This document shows, piece by piece, positions 16,806-23,731 of a DNA stretch of 36,282 nucleotides. The notes beneath the pieces were generated by a model that did no database searches, was not told the DNA's origin, and was given only the letters and a program-made list of their open reading frames with translations. The DNA comes from an uncultured archaeon (GTDB lineage: Archaea > Aenigmatarchaeota > Aenigmatarchaeia > GW2011-AR5). Location of the stretch: NCBI GenBank assembly GCA_964373695.1, contig CAYJVT010000005.1, positions 21,628 to 57,909 of the forward strand, written 5' to 3'. A program made the translations under genes and the position numbers. Position 1 is the first letter of the stretch. The number at the start of each line of letters is the position of its first letter.

Positions 16806-17717
16806 AAAAGCTTAGTAAAAATACATACCGATGAAAAAGCAAAAAGTACAGGAAAAAATTACTTTATCAGCAGAGCCACCAGCTTACTCAAAGACCCTTT
16901 GACTTATATCGGATTAGGCCTAACTGCGGCACCCAACGTCATAACTCATACCACAGGAATAGACTTCAGGACAATGGGAGCAGGAGCAAAAACAGCGTAT
17001 ATTGCAACTCTTCTGGCAGGAGGCTTCGCATTTGCTTTGTCGTATGCAAGAAACGGGGTTGAGCCGATTACATTAATGCTTTATAGAAAAGAGCTTAAAG
17101 AAGCGGAAAGGATATCACGAGAGGTCCAAAAAAATCGTGAAAAAGCTTACGCAAGATGGAAAAATTTTCTTGAAGGTCGACTAGATATATTTGAAGGAAC
17201 TGGTATAGAGCAACTATCGCCGCTGATACAGAGAGGACGAAAAATCATTAAAAACCGCGATTATAACGCTACACGGGGCATTCTTTCTGAGCTATTCACT
17301 GTATACAGAAGGCATGAAAAGATTTCCAGACGGGAAGCCTCAAGGAAACTCACCGAGCCGCAGTCAGAAGAACAGGGATATGGAGACGTTGTATTTTCAA
17401 TGGTGTCACAAAAAACTTATTCCAACGTACTTACACCGGGCCAACAACAAAGGCTCAGATATTTCATTGAAGATATGGAAGGCATCGTTTTTGAGGCTTC
17501 CGAAAGAGCTGAAATATATGGCAATGTGAGAAGGTCTGAATGGTACAGAGCACCATTCAATGATATACAGACATATATGCTTTTTGATGATATCACAAGA
17601 GACGTTAGAAGAGGCATAGCTCCATCCGAATCATCAATAAGGAATTATGCAAATCACGTGTTAATTGAAATCTGCAGATTCCACTGCTTTAAAGCAGTGG
17701 TTAAAAGTGGAATCTGA
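16806..17717 (+). CDS. Hypothetical protein with N-terminal membrane segments and coiled-coil region; start uncertain, C-terminus contributed by the MITE
   Basis: Frame is open from 16806 (first TTG at 16899); AT-rich; the last 16 codons lie inside the 17668-17777 element. Confidence 0.6.
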   Translation, partial: KSLVKIHTDEKAKSTGKNYFISRATSLLKDPLTYIGLGLTAAPNVITHTTGIDFRTMGAGAKTAYIATLLAGGFAFALSYARNGVEPITLMLYRKELKEAERISREVQKNREKAYARWKNFLEGRLDIFEGTGIEQLSPLIQRGRKIIKNRDYNATRGILSELFTVYRRHEKISRREASRKLTEPQSEEQGYGDVVFSMVSQKTYSNVLTPGQQQRLRYFIEDMEGIVFEASERAEIYGNVRRSEWYRAPFNDIQTYMLFDDITRDVRRGIAPSESSIRNYANHVLIEICRFHCFKAVVKSGI

Positions 17718-17777
17718 GATGCTCAATGAACTTGTTGTATTTTAACAAGCCACCGTCTTCAGACGGTGGTCATTGAC
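17668..17777 (-). mobile_element. MITE-like element copy 2 with IS200/IS605 (HEARO/IscB omega-RNA-like) ends
   Basis: Minus strand reads GTCAATGACCACCGTCTGAAGACGGTGGCTTGTT..AACAAGTTCATTGAG...CCACTGCTTTAAAGCAGTGGAATC, with two terminal hairpins and no ORF. Confidence 0.7.
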
Positions 17778-17795
17778 AAACCAGCTAAATAAATT

Positions 17796-18476
17796 TCATA
17801 GATTACAAACACAGCCTTCTATTTTCTTTGTTTCAATCACGCCAAACTTATTACGGAAGAAATCAAAGCTCATTAGCCCCTCAACGGGCTCCTCACCAAT
17901 CAGGTATTTCATGGCTTCTATCGCCGAAATGGTGCCGATGAACGCCGCGACAGGCGAGAGGATGCCGTCCTTCTCACACGAGTCGTTCGCAGCTTTACCT
18001 GCGAAAACGCAGCGCAGGCACGGCCTGCCAGGCAGCCAGAACATGAACGACGCTTCGGCGCGTATTGCCGCCGCATATGTAAACGGCTTGCCGCGTTCCA
18101 CGCAATAATCGTTGATAAGGAAACGCGTCTCAAAATTATCTGTCCCGTCCAGAACTATGCCGGTTTTCGACAGTATTTTATCTATATTATATGAAGAAAG
18201 CATTTCAGCATGTGCTTCCACTTCCGTGAAAGGAGAAAGCATATCCTCCGTGACAACCGCCTTCAGACGGCCTATATCATTGATGCGGTATGACTGCCTT
18301 CCAAGATTGCACTTCTCGACTACATCGTTGTCTACAAGTATGAGGTTGACGCCAGCCCGCGCCAGGTATTCGGCCGCAGCATGGCCGGTGCCACCTAAGC
18401 CGACAACTGCGACCGTGCTTTTTCCGAGAATATCCTGCTTTTCCTTGCCTATGAATGCCTGTTGGCGCGAGCGCAT
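17796..18476 (-). CDS. HesA/MoeB/ThiF-family E1-like activating enzyme
   Basis: VVGLGGTG, DNDVVEKCNLGRQ, KA, VLDGTDNFETR, PCLRC, SC (active-site Cys region) and C-terminal CVC. Confidence 0.92.
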   Translation of the reverse strand: MRSRQQAFIGKEKQDILGKSTVAVVGLGGTGHAAAEYLARAGVNLILVDNDVVEKCNLGRQSYRINDIGRLKAVVTEDMLSPFTEVEAHAEMLSSYNIDKILSKTGIVLDGTDNFETRFLINDYCVERGKPFTYAAAIRAEASFMFWLPGRPCLRCVFAGKAANDSCEKDGILSPVAAFIGTISAIEAMKYLIGEEPVEGLMSFDFFRNKFGVIETKKIEGCVCNL

Positions 18477-18537
18477 GTTTTTACATCAGTATAGTTTTCT
18501 TTTAAATCTGCAGGTTGACTGAAACGCTGCTGGCATG

Positions 18538-18584
18538 TAAAACTATAAATACTATAACAACTATATTTTTTATAGGTGTTATAG
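18538..18584 (+). promoter_or_regulatory. Three ACTATA boxes at 9-nt spacing, TATA-like AT tract and aggtg SD upstream of antitoxin 2
   Basis: aactataaatactataacaactatattttttataggtgttatagATG. Confidence 0.5.
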
Positions 18585-18761
18585 ATGGCAACGACAATAG
18601 CTGTAAGCGATGAAACAAAGGAAATGCTCAAAACCCTTGGAACCAAGGACGAGACATACGATGATATAATCAGGAATATGATGATAGCATACGAGGAATT
18701 CCTGAACAGACAGTACAAAAGGCTTGAAGAAAGAAATAAATTCAAAAAGATGGTTTTCTAG
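18585..18761 (+). CDS. Antitoxin (58 aa, MATTIAVSDETKEMLKTLGTKDETYDDIIRNMM...)
   Basis: Below the ORF-track cutoff and translated by hand; paralogous N-terminus to 1634-1852; abuts relE. Confidence 0.85.
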   Translation: MATTIAVSDETKEMLKTLGTKDETYDDIIRNMMIAYEEFLNRQYKRLEERNKFKKMVF

Positions 18762-19046
18762 ATGGACGTATTTCTGCATGAACAGGCAGAAAAATTTCTG
18801 AACACTCGTGACAGAAAAATACAGTCATCAATAAAAGAAAATCTGAAAATTCTGTCAAAAGAGCCATACTCAAAGCATCTTGACATAAAAAAGCTGAAAG
18901 GTATAAGCAGAAAACCTGAACTTTTCCGACTTCGTGTCGGGGAATATAGGATAATATATTTTATTCTGGGAAATGAAATACTCATTACCGATATAATCAA
19001 GAGGGAAATAGATATAATGTATAAAAGCCGGAAGATTCAGGTTTAA
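18762..19046 (+). CDS. relE: RelE/ParE-family type II toxin
   Basis: AEKFL, LDIKKLKG, FRLRVGEYRIIY and IIKR. Confidence 0.88.
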   Translation: MDVFLHEQAEKFLNTRDRKIQSSIKENLKILSKEPYSKHLDIKKLKGISRKPELFRLRVGEYRIIYFILGNEILITDIIKREIDIMYKSRKIQV

Positions 19047-19049
19047 ATA
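19042..19049 (+). promoter_or_regulatory. Candidate TATA box (TTTAAATA) for the ribosomal operon
   Basis: Canonical archaeal TATA at the start of the ~350-nt non-coding gap before rpl3. Confidence 0.45.
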
Positions 19050-19080
19050 AGTTATCACCGAATTAAATAAAGCTCTCACG

Positions 19081-19401
19081 TACTCGGAAGATATAGGCAG
19101 AGGGATAGCGCACGAAGTGCGCAGGTCTGTTGTATCTTTGCAGGATTCTACGTTTTAGGGCGAGGGCCAGTTCTCAGAGAGAATTGGTTCGCTATCGGAG
19201 GAAATCTTCGGAAAGCTTTGCTTTCTGAGATATCGGAAGATTCCATCTTCCGCAGATTTCATATTTACTCAAATCACTATGTTGAATGAAATTCTTTGAA
19301 TTTCATTAATGTGCAAAAACCGAAGGTTTTTGACATTTCGGAGAAGATAGCTTCTCCGCAGACATCCCAAAGGAATGAATTCCTTTGCGGAGAGGATTGA
19401 G
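19081..19401 (+). ncRNA. Highly structured putative 5' leader of the rpl3 operon (about nine consecutive hairpins)
   Basis: Stems at 19108-22, 19167-87, 19208-28, 19234-52, 19285-307, 19314-32, 19339-58 and 19368-87, plus a G-U-rich enclosing helix at 19089-19137. Confidence 0.6.
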
Positions 19402-20358
19402 ATGCCGCACAGAAACAGACCGAGACGTGGAACTTTGCAGTACTGGCCTAGGAAGAGAGCCAAGAGAATATACACCAGGACGAGCTTCTGGCCCGAATCC
19501 GCCGAGACGAAGCCGCTGGGCTTTGCCGGATGGAAGGCCGGGATGACGCACGTTCAGGCGGTCGACAATAATTCCAAGTCGCCCACGTACGGCAAAATCA
19601 TCTCAAGGCCCGTCACGGTCATAGATTCTCCTTCTCTATTCATTTGCGGTTTCCGCGCCTATAAGAAAACCGATTCCGGCATGAAATGCATCGGCGAAAA
19701 ATGGTCCGGCAGCATACCGAAGGAAGTTCATATCGAAAAAAAGACCGTTCCCGGAAAGAAGATTCCTGAGATGAAGGATTTCTCCGACATAAGGCTGATA
19801 GTCGTCACCCAGCCGGCCAAGAGCGGCATGCACAAGTCGAAGCCCGAGGTCTTCGAGCTCGGGATAGGCGGCGACAAGAAGCTGGAATACGCAGAAAGCG
19901 TTCTGGGCAAGGAGATAGGAATGAAGGACGTCTTCAAGCCAGGCGAGTTCGTCGACGTTTCCGCAGTCACTAAGGGTTATGGTTACACAGGTCCCGTGAA
20001 GAGGTTCAACATACGCATACAGACAAGGAAGGACAAGCAGATGCACCGCCATGTCGGCAGCATAGGCTCCACAACGCCGAGGAAGGTCGACTGGCGGGTG
20101 CCGCAGGCAGGGCAGCACGGCTTCCATGCAAGGACCGAGTTCGCGAAGAGGATAATGATGTTCGATGACGACGCCAGCAAGGTGATACCTGACGGAGGGT
20201 TCGTCGGCTACGGCCTGCCTAAATCTTTCATACTGATAGAAGGCTCGGTGCCGGGCCCGAGGAAGCGCCTGATAAGGCTCAGGAAGGCAGTGAGGAAGAA
20301 CAGTCCTGCCCCTGTGGAGATAAAATTCATATCAAAGGAGAGCAAGCAAGGCAGATAA
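19402..20358 (+). CDS. rpl3: 50S ribosomal protein L3 (uL3)
   Basis: PRRGTLQYWPRKRA, GWKAGMTH, VTKGYG..GPVKR and GSVPGPRKRLIRLR; ATG 19402. Confidence 0.97.
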   Translation: MPHRNRPRRGTLQYWPRKRAKRIYTRTSFWPESAETKPLGFAGWKAGMTHVQAVDNNSKSPTYGKIISRPVTVIDSPSLFICGFRAYKKTDSGMKCIGEKWSGSIPKEVHIEKKTVPGKKIPEMKDFSDIRLIVVTQPAKSGMHKSKPEVFELGIGGDKKLEYAESVLGKEIGMKDVFKPGEFVDVSAVTKGYGYTGPVKRFNIRIQTRKDKQMHRHVGSIGSTTPRKVDWRVPQAGQHGFHARTEFAKRIMMFDDDASKVIPDGGFVGYGLPKSFILIEGSVPGPRKRLIRLRKAVRKNSPAPVEIKFISKESKQGR

Positions 20359-20360
20359 TC

Positions 20361-21155
20361 ATGAAAGCAAAAGTCTACGACCTGTCAGGCAAGGAAGCCG
20401 GTAGCGTAGAGCTGCCGCGTGTCTTTTCAACGCCTTACAGGCCCGACGTCATACGAAGGGCGGTCCTGTCGCAGCAGAGCAAGGGAAGGCAGAAGTACGG
20501 AACAGACCCGCTTGCCGGAAAACGCACTTCTGCGCATTACCACGGCAGGAGAAAGTACAGGTTTACCATGATGAACAAGGAGCTCTCCAGGATACCCAGG
20601 ATACACGGAAAAGGGGCGGGCATGTACGCCTACCGCGCGCGTTTCGCGCCTCATGCGGTAAAGGGCAGGAGGGCGCATCCCCCGAAGGCCGACAAGAACT
20701 GGGCCCAGGAGATAAACGACAAGGAGCGCAGGCTTGCCATAAAGTCCGGCATAGCAGCGTCCGCAGTCAAGGAGCTCCTTGAGAAAAGAGGTCATATGGC
20801 GCTGCAGTCGCCTTACATTTTCGTGGACGAATTCGAGGGTCTCAAGAAGTCGAAGCAGGTGAAGGAGCTGCTTGAAGCGATGATGCCAGAGGAGCTGGAA
20901 AGGTCCGAGAAGAAAAAGCTGAGGGCCGGCCGCGGGAAGATGCGCAACAGGAAGTACGCGAAGAGGAAAGGGCCGCTCGTGGTCGTTTCGTCCAACAGCG
21001 ACGTGCTCAAGGCCTCGAGGAACGTGCCAGGAGTCGACGCGGTCTCAGTGCAGAACCTGAACGCCGAGCTTCTCGCGCCAGGGACGCATGCCGGAAGGGT
21101 GATGATAATCACGAAGGCCGGGCTTTCGAAGATGAAGGAGATATTCGGTGAGTAA
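20361..21155 (+). CDS. rpl4: 50S ribosomal protein L4 (uL4)
   Basis: RPDVIRRAV, GRRAHPPK, INDKERRLA and LLAPGTHAGR. Confidence 0.97.
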   Translation: MKAKVYDLSGKEAGSVELPRVFSTPYRPDVIRRAVLSQQSKGRQKYGTDPLAGKRTSAHYHGRRKYRFTMMNKELSRIPRIHGKGAGMYAYRARFAPHAVKGRRAHPPKADKNWAQEINDKERRLAIKSGIAASAVKELLEKRGHMALQSPYIFVDEFEGLKKSKQVKELLEAMMPEELERSEKKKLRAGRGKMRNRKYAKRKGPLVVVSSNSDVLKASRNVPGVDAVSVQNLNAELLAPGTHAGRVMIITKAGLSKMKEIFGE

Positions 21156-21156
21156 A

Positions 21157-21522
21157 ATGGCTGAAGAAAAGAAGCAAGGAGCAGAACCGAAAGAAAAAAA
21201 AACAAAGAAAGAAAAACCCCCGAAGGCCAGGGAAGAGAAGAAAAAGGAATTTACGTTCGATGGCCAGCCGTACGAGACGATAAAGTTCGTCCTCATGACC
21301 GAAAAGGCCATACGCTTCATAGAGCCGCAGAACAGGCTCGTGTTCGTCGTGGACAGGAAGGCCAGAAAGAATGATGTCAGGAAGGCCGTGCAGGCGGCGT
21401 TCCAGTCGAAGGTCAGCAATGTCAACGTGCTCATAGACCAGAAAGGCCGCAAGAGGGCGTTCGTAACATTTGAGAAGCCGGGAGAGGCTGGGGAAATCGC
21501 GATACGACTCGGAATCATATGA
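21157..21522 (+). CDS. rpl23: 50S ribosomal protein L23 (uL23) with Lys/Glu-rich N-terminal extension
   Basis: TEKA...E.QN.LVF.VD.KA.K..V and VNVLI..KG.KRA.V. Confidence 0.93.
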   Translation: MAEEKKQGAEPKEKKTKKEKPPKAREEKKKEFTFDGQPYETIKFVLMTEKAIRFIEPQNRLVFVVDRKARKNDVRKAVQAAFQSKVSNVNVLIDQKGRKRAFVTFEKPGEAGEIAIRLGII

Positions 21523-21529
21523 TGGTGAT

Positions 21530-21781
21530 ATGATGAGATGTGTGACAGAAGAAGACATGGAAGAAATCAGAATTGTGCAGAGAGGCCATGACGTAGTAAT
21601 ATTTACTTACACTGGCATTAGAGATAACGAAAAAGGATCTACATTAGGCGATAGGCTGGTGTGTGAATTCAATAGACCCGTCGTTGTAGAGGACCATTCT
21701 GGAGAGGAACCTCACAGAGACGGCTACGTCACGCCGGAGCATAGATACACAGGGTTAGTGAGGATTTTGCAGGGTCGATAA
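21530..21781 (+). CDS. Hypothetical 83-aa protein inserted between rpl23 and rpl2
   Basis: GGTGA SD at 21524-28; ATG 21530; stop 2 nt before the rpl2 ATG; AT-richer codon usage. Confidence 0.7.
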   Translation: MMRCVTEEDMEEIRIVQRGHDVVIFTYTGIRDNEKGSTLGDRLVCEFNRPVVVEDHSGEEPHRDGYVTPEHRYTGLVRILQGR

Positions 21782-21783
21782 AT

Positions 21784-22470
21784 ATGGGAAAGAATCTAAG
21801 ACAGCAGAGGAGAGGGAAGGCGAACCCAAGGTACTTGTCGCCAGGACACAGGTACATGGGCGACGTGACCTACAGGAAGTTCTCGCCAGGCGAAGTCGTG
21901 GACATAGTCCATGCACCGGGAAGAAGGTCGCCCCTCGCTGTCGTGGAGTCTGACGGGCAGAAATCCATTTTCCTGGCGACTGACGGTATGCACATAGGGC
22001 AGAAGATAGGCCACAACTTTTCTCAGGGAAACCTTGTGGAGCTGTCCGGGATACCTGAAGGCACCAAGATATGTAATATTGAGCTTAACCCCGGAGACGG
22101 CGGAAAATTATGCAGGGCGTCAGGCGCGTTCGCGATGCTGGTGACGAAGGACGGCAACAGATGCACCCTTCTTATGCCTTCGAAGAAGAAGAAGGTTGTT
22201 TCGGCAAGATGCCGCGCCACTGTCGGCACTGTAGCGTCTTCCGGACGAACCGAGAAGCCTTTCATGAAGGCCGGCACGAAGCATCATGCCATGATGGCTC
22301 TCGGAAGGATGTATCCGCATACGGCCGGAGTGAGCATGAACGCTGTGGACCACCCGTTCGGCGGACAGACGAGGCCCGGCAAGGTCAAGACAGTCTCGAG
22401 GCACATGCCGCCGGGGAAGAAGGTGGGGAGCATATCGCCGTCGAGGACGGGCAAGAAGAAGAGGAAGTAG
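21784..22470 (+). CDS. rpl2: 50S ribosomal protein L2 (uL2)
   Basis: GKNLRQQRRG, HAPGR, GDGGKLCRASG and GVSMNAVDHPFGG. Confidence 0.97.
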   Translation: MGKNLRQQRRGKANPRYLSPGHRYMGDVTYRKFSPGEVVDIVHAPGRRSPLAVVESDGQKSIFLATDGMHIGQKIGHNFSQGNLVELSGIPEGTKICNIELNPGDGGKLCRASGAFAMLVTKDGNRCTLLMPSKKKKVVSARCRATVGTVASSGRTEKPFMKAGTKHHAMMALGRMYPHTAGVSMNAVDHPFGGQTRPGKVKTVSRHMPPGKKVGSISPSRTGKKKRK

Positions 22471-22541
22471 AATGGCAAATGAAACAAGTTTCATTTCAAT
22501 TTCAAAAACGAAAGTCGTTAAGGTGTTTTAGAAATGGCAAA
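22471..22541 (+). repeat. Start-codon-associated insert, copy 2, flanked by aatggcaaa
   Basis: aatggcaaa at 22471-79 and 22533-41; 25-bp identity to 91-115. Confidence 0.8.
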
Positions 22542-22923
22542 GAAATTCACGTTCAGAGGGAAGACGCTTGAGGAACTCAACGAGATGAACCTCGAGGAGC
22601 TGTCAAAACTCTTCACCGCGCGCGAAAGGCGTGCCCTCAAGAGAGGAATGCCGGAAGTCCACAAGAAGCTGCTTGAAAGCATACGCAGGTCGAAGGGCAG
22701 GGACAAGCTCATAAGGACGCACGCCAGGGACATGGTCGTCCTGCCCGAGATGGTCGGCGCCAAGCTCGGCATCCACAGCGGCGGCGAGTTCCAGATGGTC
22801 ATGGTAAACGAGAGCATGATAGGGCACAGGCTCGGCGAGTTCGCGATGACACGAAAGCGCGTAAAGCACTCGTCGCCCGGCCTCGGCGCCACGAGGTCCA
22901 GCAAGTTCGTGCCCCTGAAGTAG
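22534..22923 (+). CDS. rps19: 30S ribosomal protein S19 (uS19)
   Basis: FTFRGKTLEEL, RTHARDMVVLPEMVG, MIGHRLGEF and GATRSSKFVPLK. Confidence 0.97.
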   Translation: MAKKFTFRGKTLEELNEMNLEELSKLFTARERRALKRGMPEVHKKLLESIRRSKGRDKLIRTHARDMVVLPEMVGAKLGIHSGGEFQMVMVNESMIGHRLGEFAMTRKRVKHSSPGLGATRSSKFVPLK

Positions 22924-22933
22924 AGTGATAAAA

Positions 22934-23164
22934 ATGAACGATGCAGAAATCGAAAGGATTGGAAAGGACGCATTCAGGGTCGGCGGAAGAGAAGTCAGGA
23001 CGCTGAAAGTAGGCTCGGACATATTTCCAGTGAGGACATGCGTCTATGACATGAATACGGAAGATTACATCGGGGAATTTTACGGAAACCCGCCGCCGTC
23101 ATTTCCGGAGTATGACAGGGAGTTTGTAGAAGGCTTGATAAGGACGGTATACGGAAGAGGGTGA
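22934..23164 (+). CDS. Hypothetical 76-aa protein inserted between rps19 and rpl22
   Basis: agtga SD-like sequence; ATG 22934; stop 4 nt before the rpl22 ATG. Confidence 0.7.
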   Translation: MNDAEIERIGKDAFRVGGREVRTLKVGSDIFPVRTCVYDMNTEDYIGEFYGNPPPSFPEYDREFVEGLIRTVYGRG

Positions 23165-23168
23165 CAAT

Positions 23169-23615
23169 ATGCCATACACGTTCAGTCCTGAGGAGAAGCA
23201 TGCGAAAGCGTACAGCACCCTCCCGATATCAGTCAAATCGGCCGAGACGCTGTGCCGCGTGATACGCAAGAAGCCCCTCAGGAGAGCAAAGAGATTGTTG
23301 TCTGATTTGGAGTCGCAGAGAAGGAGCCTCGGAGGGAAATATTATTCCAGCGCCGTGTCCAGCATCAAGAAGCTCGTGGAGAGCTGCGAAAAGAACGCCG
23401 AGTTCCTCGGCCTCGATAGCGAGAGGCTCATGGTCCACGCGTCCGCCCACGAAGGCATGGCGGTAAGGAGAAGGAGGAGGAAGGGGGCCTTCGGGACCAT
23501 GATGAAGCGGGCCAACGTCGAGGTCATGCTGATAGAAAGCGGCAGGAGCGACAGGGTGCCGAAGGAGAAGATAAAGAAGCAGATGGAAGCGAAGAAAGAG
23601 GATGACAAGAAATGA
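23169..23615 (+). CDS. rpl22: 50S ribosomal protein L22 (uL22)
   Basis: LPISVK...LCRVI, GKY, NAEF.GLD, HASAH and G.F.....ANVEV; position in the operon. Confidence 0.93.
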   Translation: MPYTFSPEEKHAKAYSTLPISVKSAETLCRVIRKKPLRRAKRLLSDLESQRRSLGGKYYSSAVSSIKKLVESCEKNAEFLGLDSERLMVHASAHEGMAVRRRRRKGAFGTMMKRANVEVMLIESGRSDRVPKEKIKKQMEAKKEDDKK

Positions 23616-23731
23616 GAAACGGAATAATATTCCGTTTTATTGCTCAGAGAACAGGGGTTCTCTGGCATCTCAAAAGAGATACCTCTTTTGCAGATTTCGA
23701 AACGAAAGATTCGAAGGTGTTTCAAAAATGA
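23610..23731 (+). repeat. Start-codon-associated insert, copy 3 (three extra hairpins), flanked by aaatga
   Basis: aaatga at 23610-15 and 23726-31; hairpins AAACGGAAT/ATTCCGTTT, CAGAGAAC/GTTCTCTG and CAAAAGAG/CTCTTTTG, then GCAGATTTCGAAACGAAAG..AGGTGTTT. Confidence 0.75.

Noticed and set aside
15640-19050. attL/attR duplication of the tRNA-Ile 3' end delimiting an intact island
   Set aside because: No second copy of the tRNA 3' sequence seen in the window; the same holds for the tRNA-Ala genes.
19081-19401. RNase P RNA or SRP RNA
   Set aside because: Only a partial GAGGAAAT resemblance; no GAGGAAAGTCC/P4 partner and no SRP helix-8 motif recognised. A covariance-model scan would settle it.
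12620-19401. Diversity-generating retroelement or retron as the source of the repeats
   Set aside because: No reverse transcriptase and no TR/VR pair with adenine-specific mismatches in the window.
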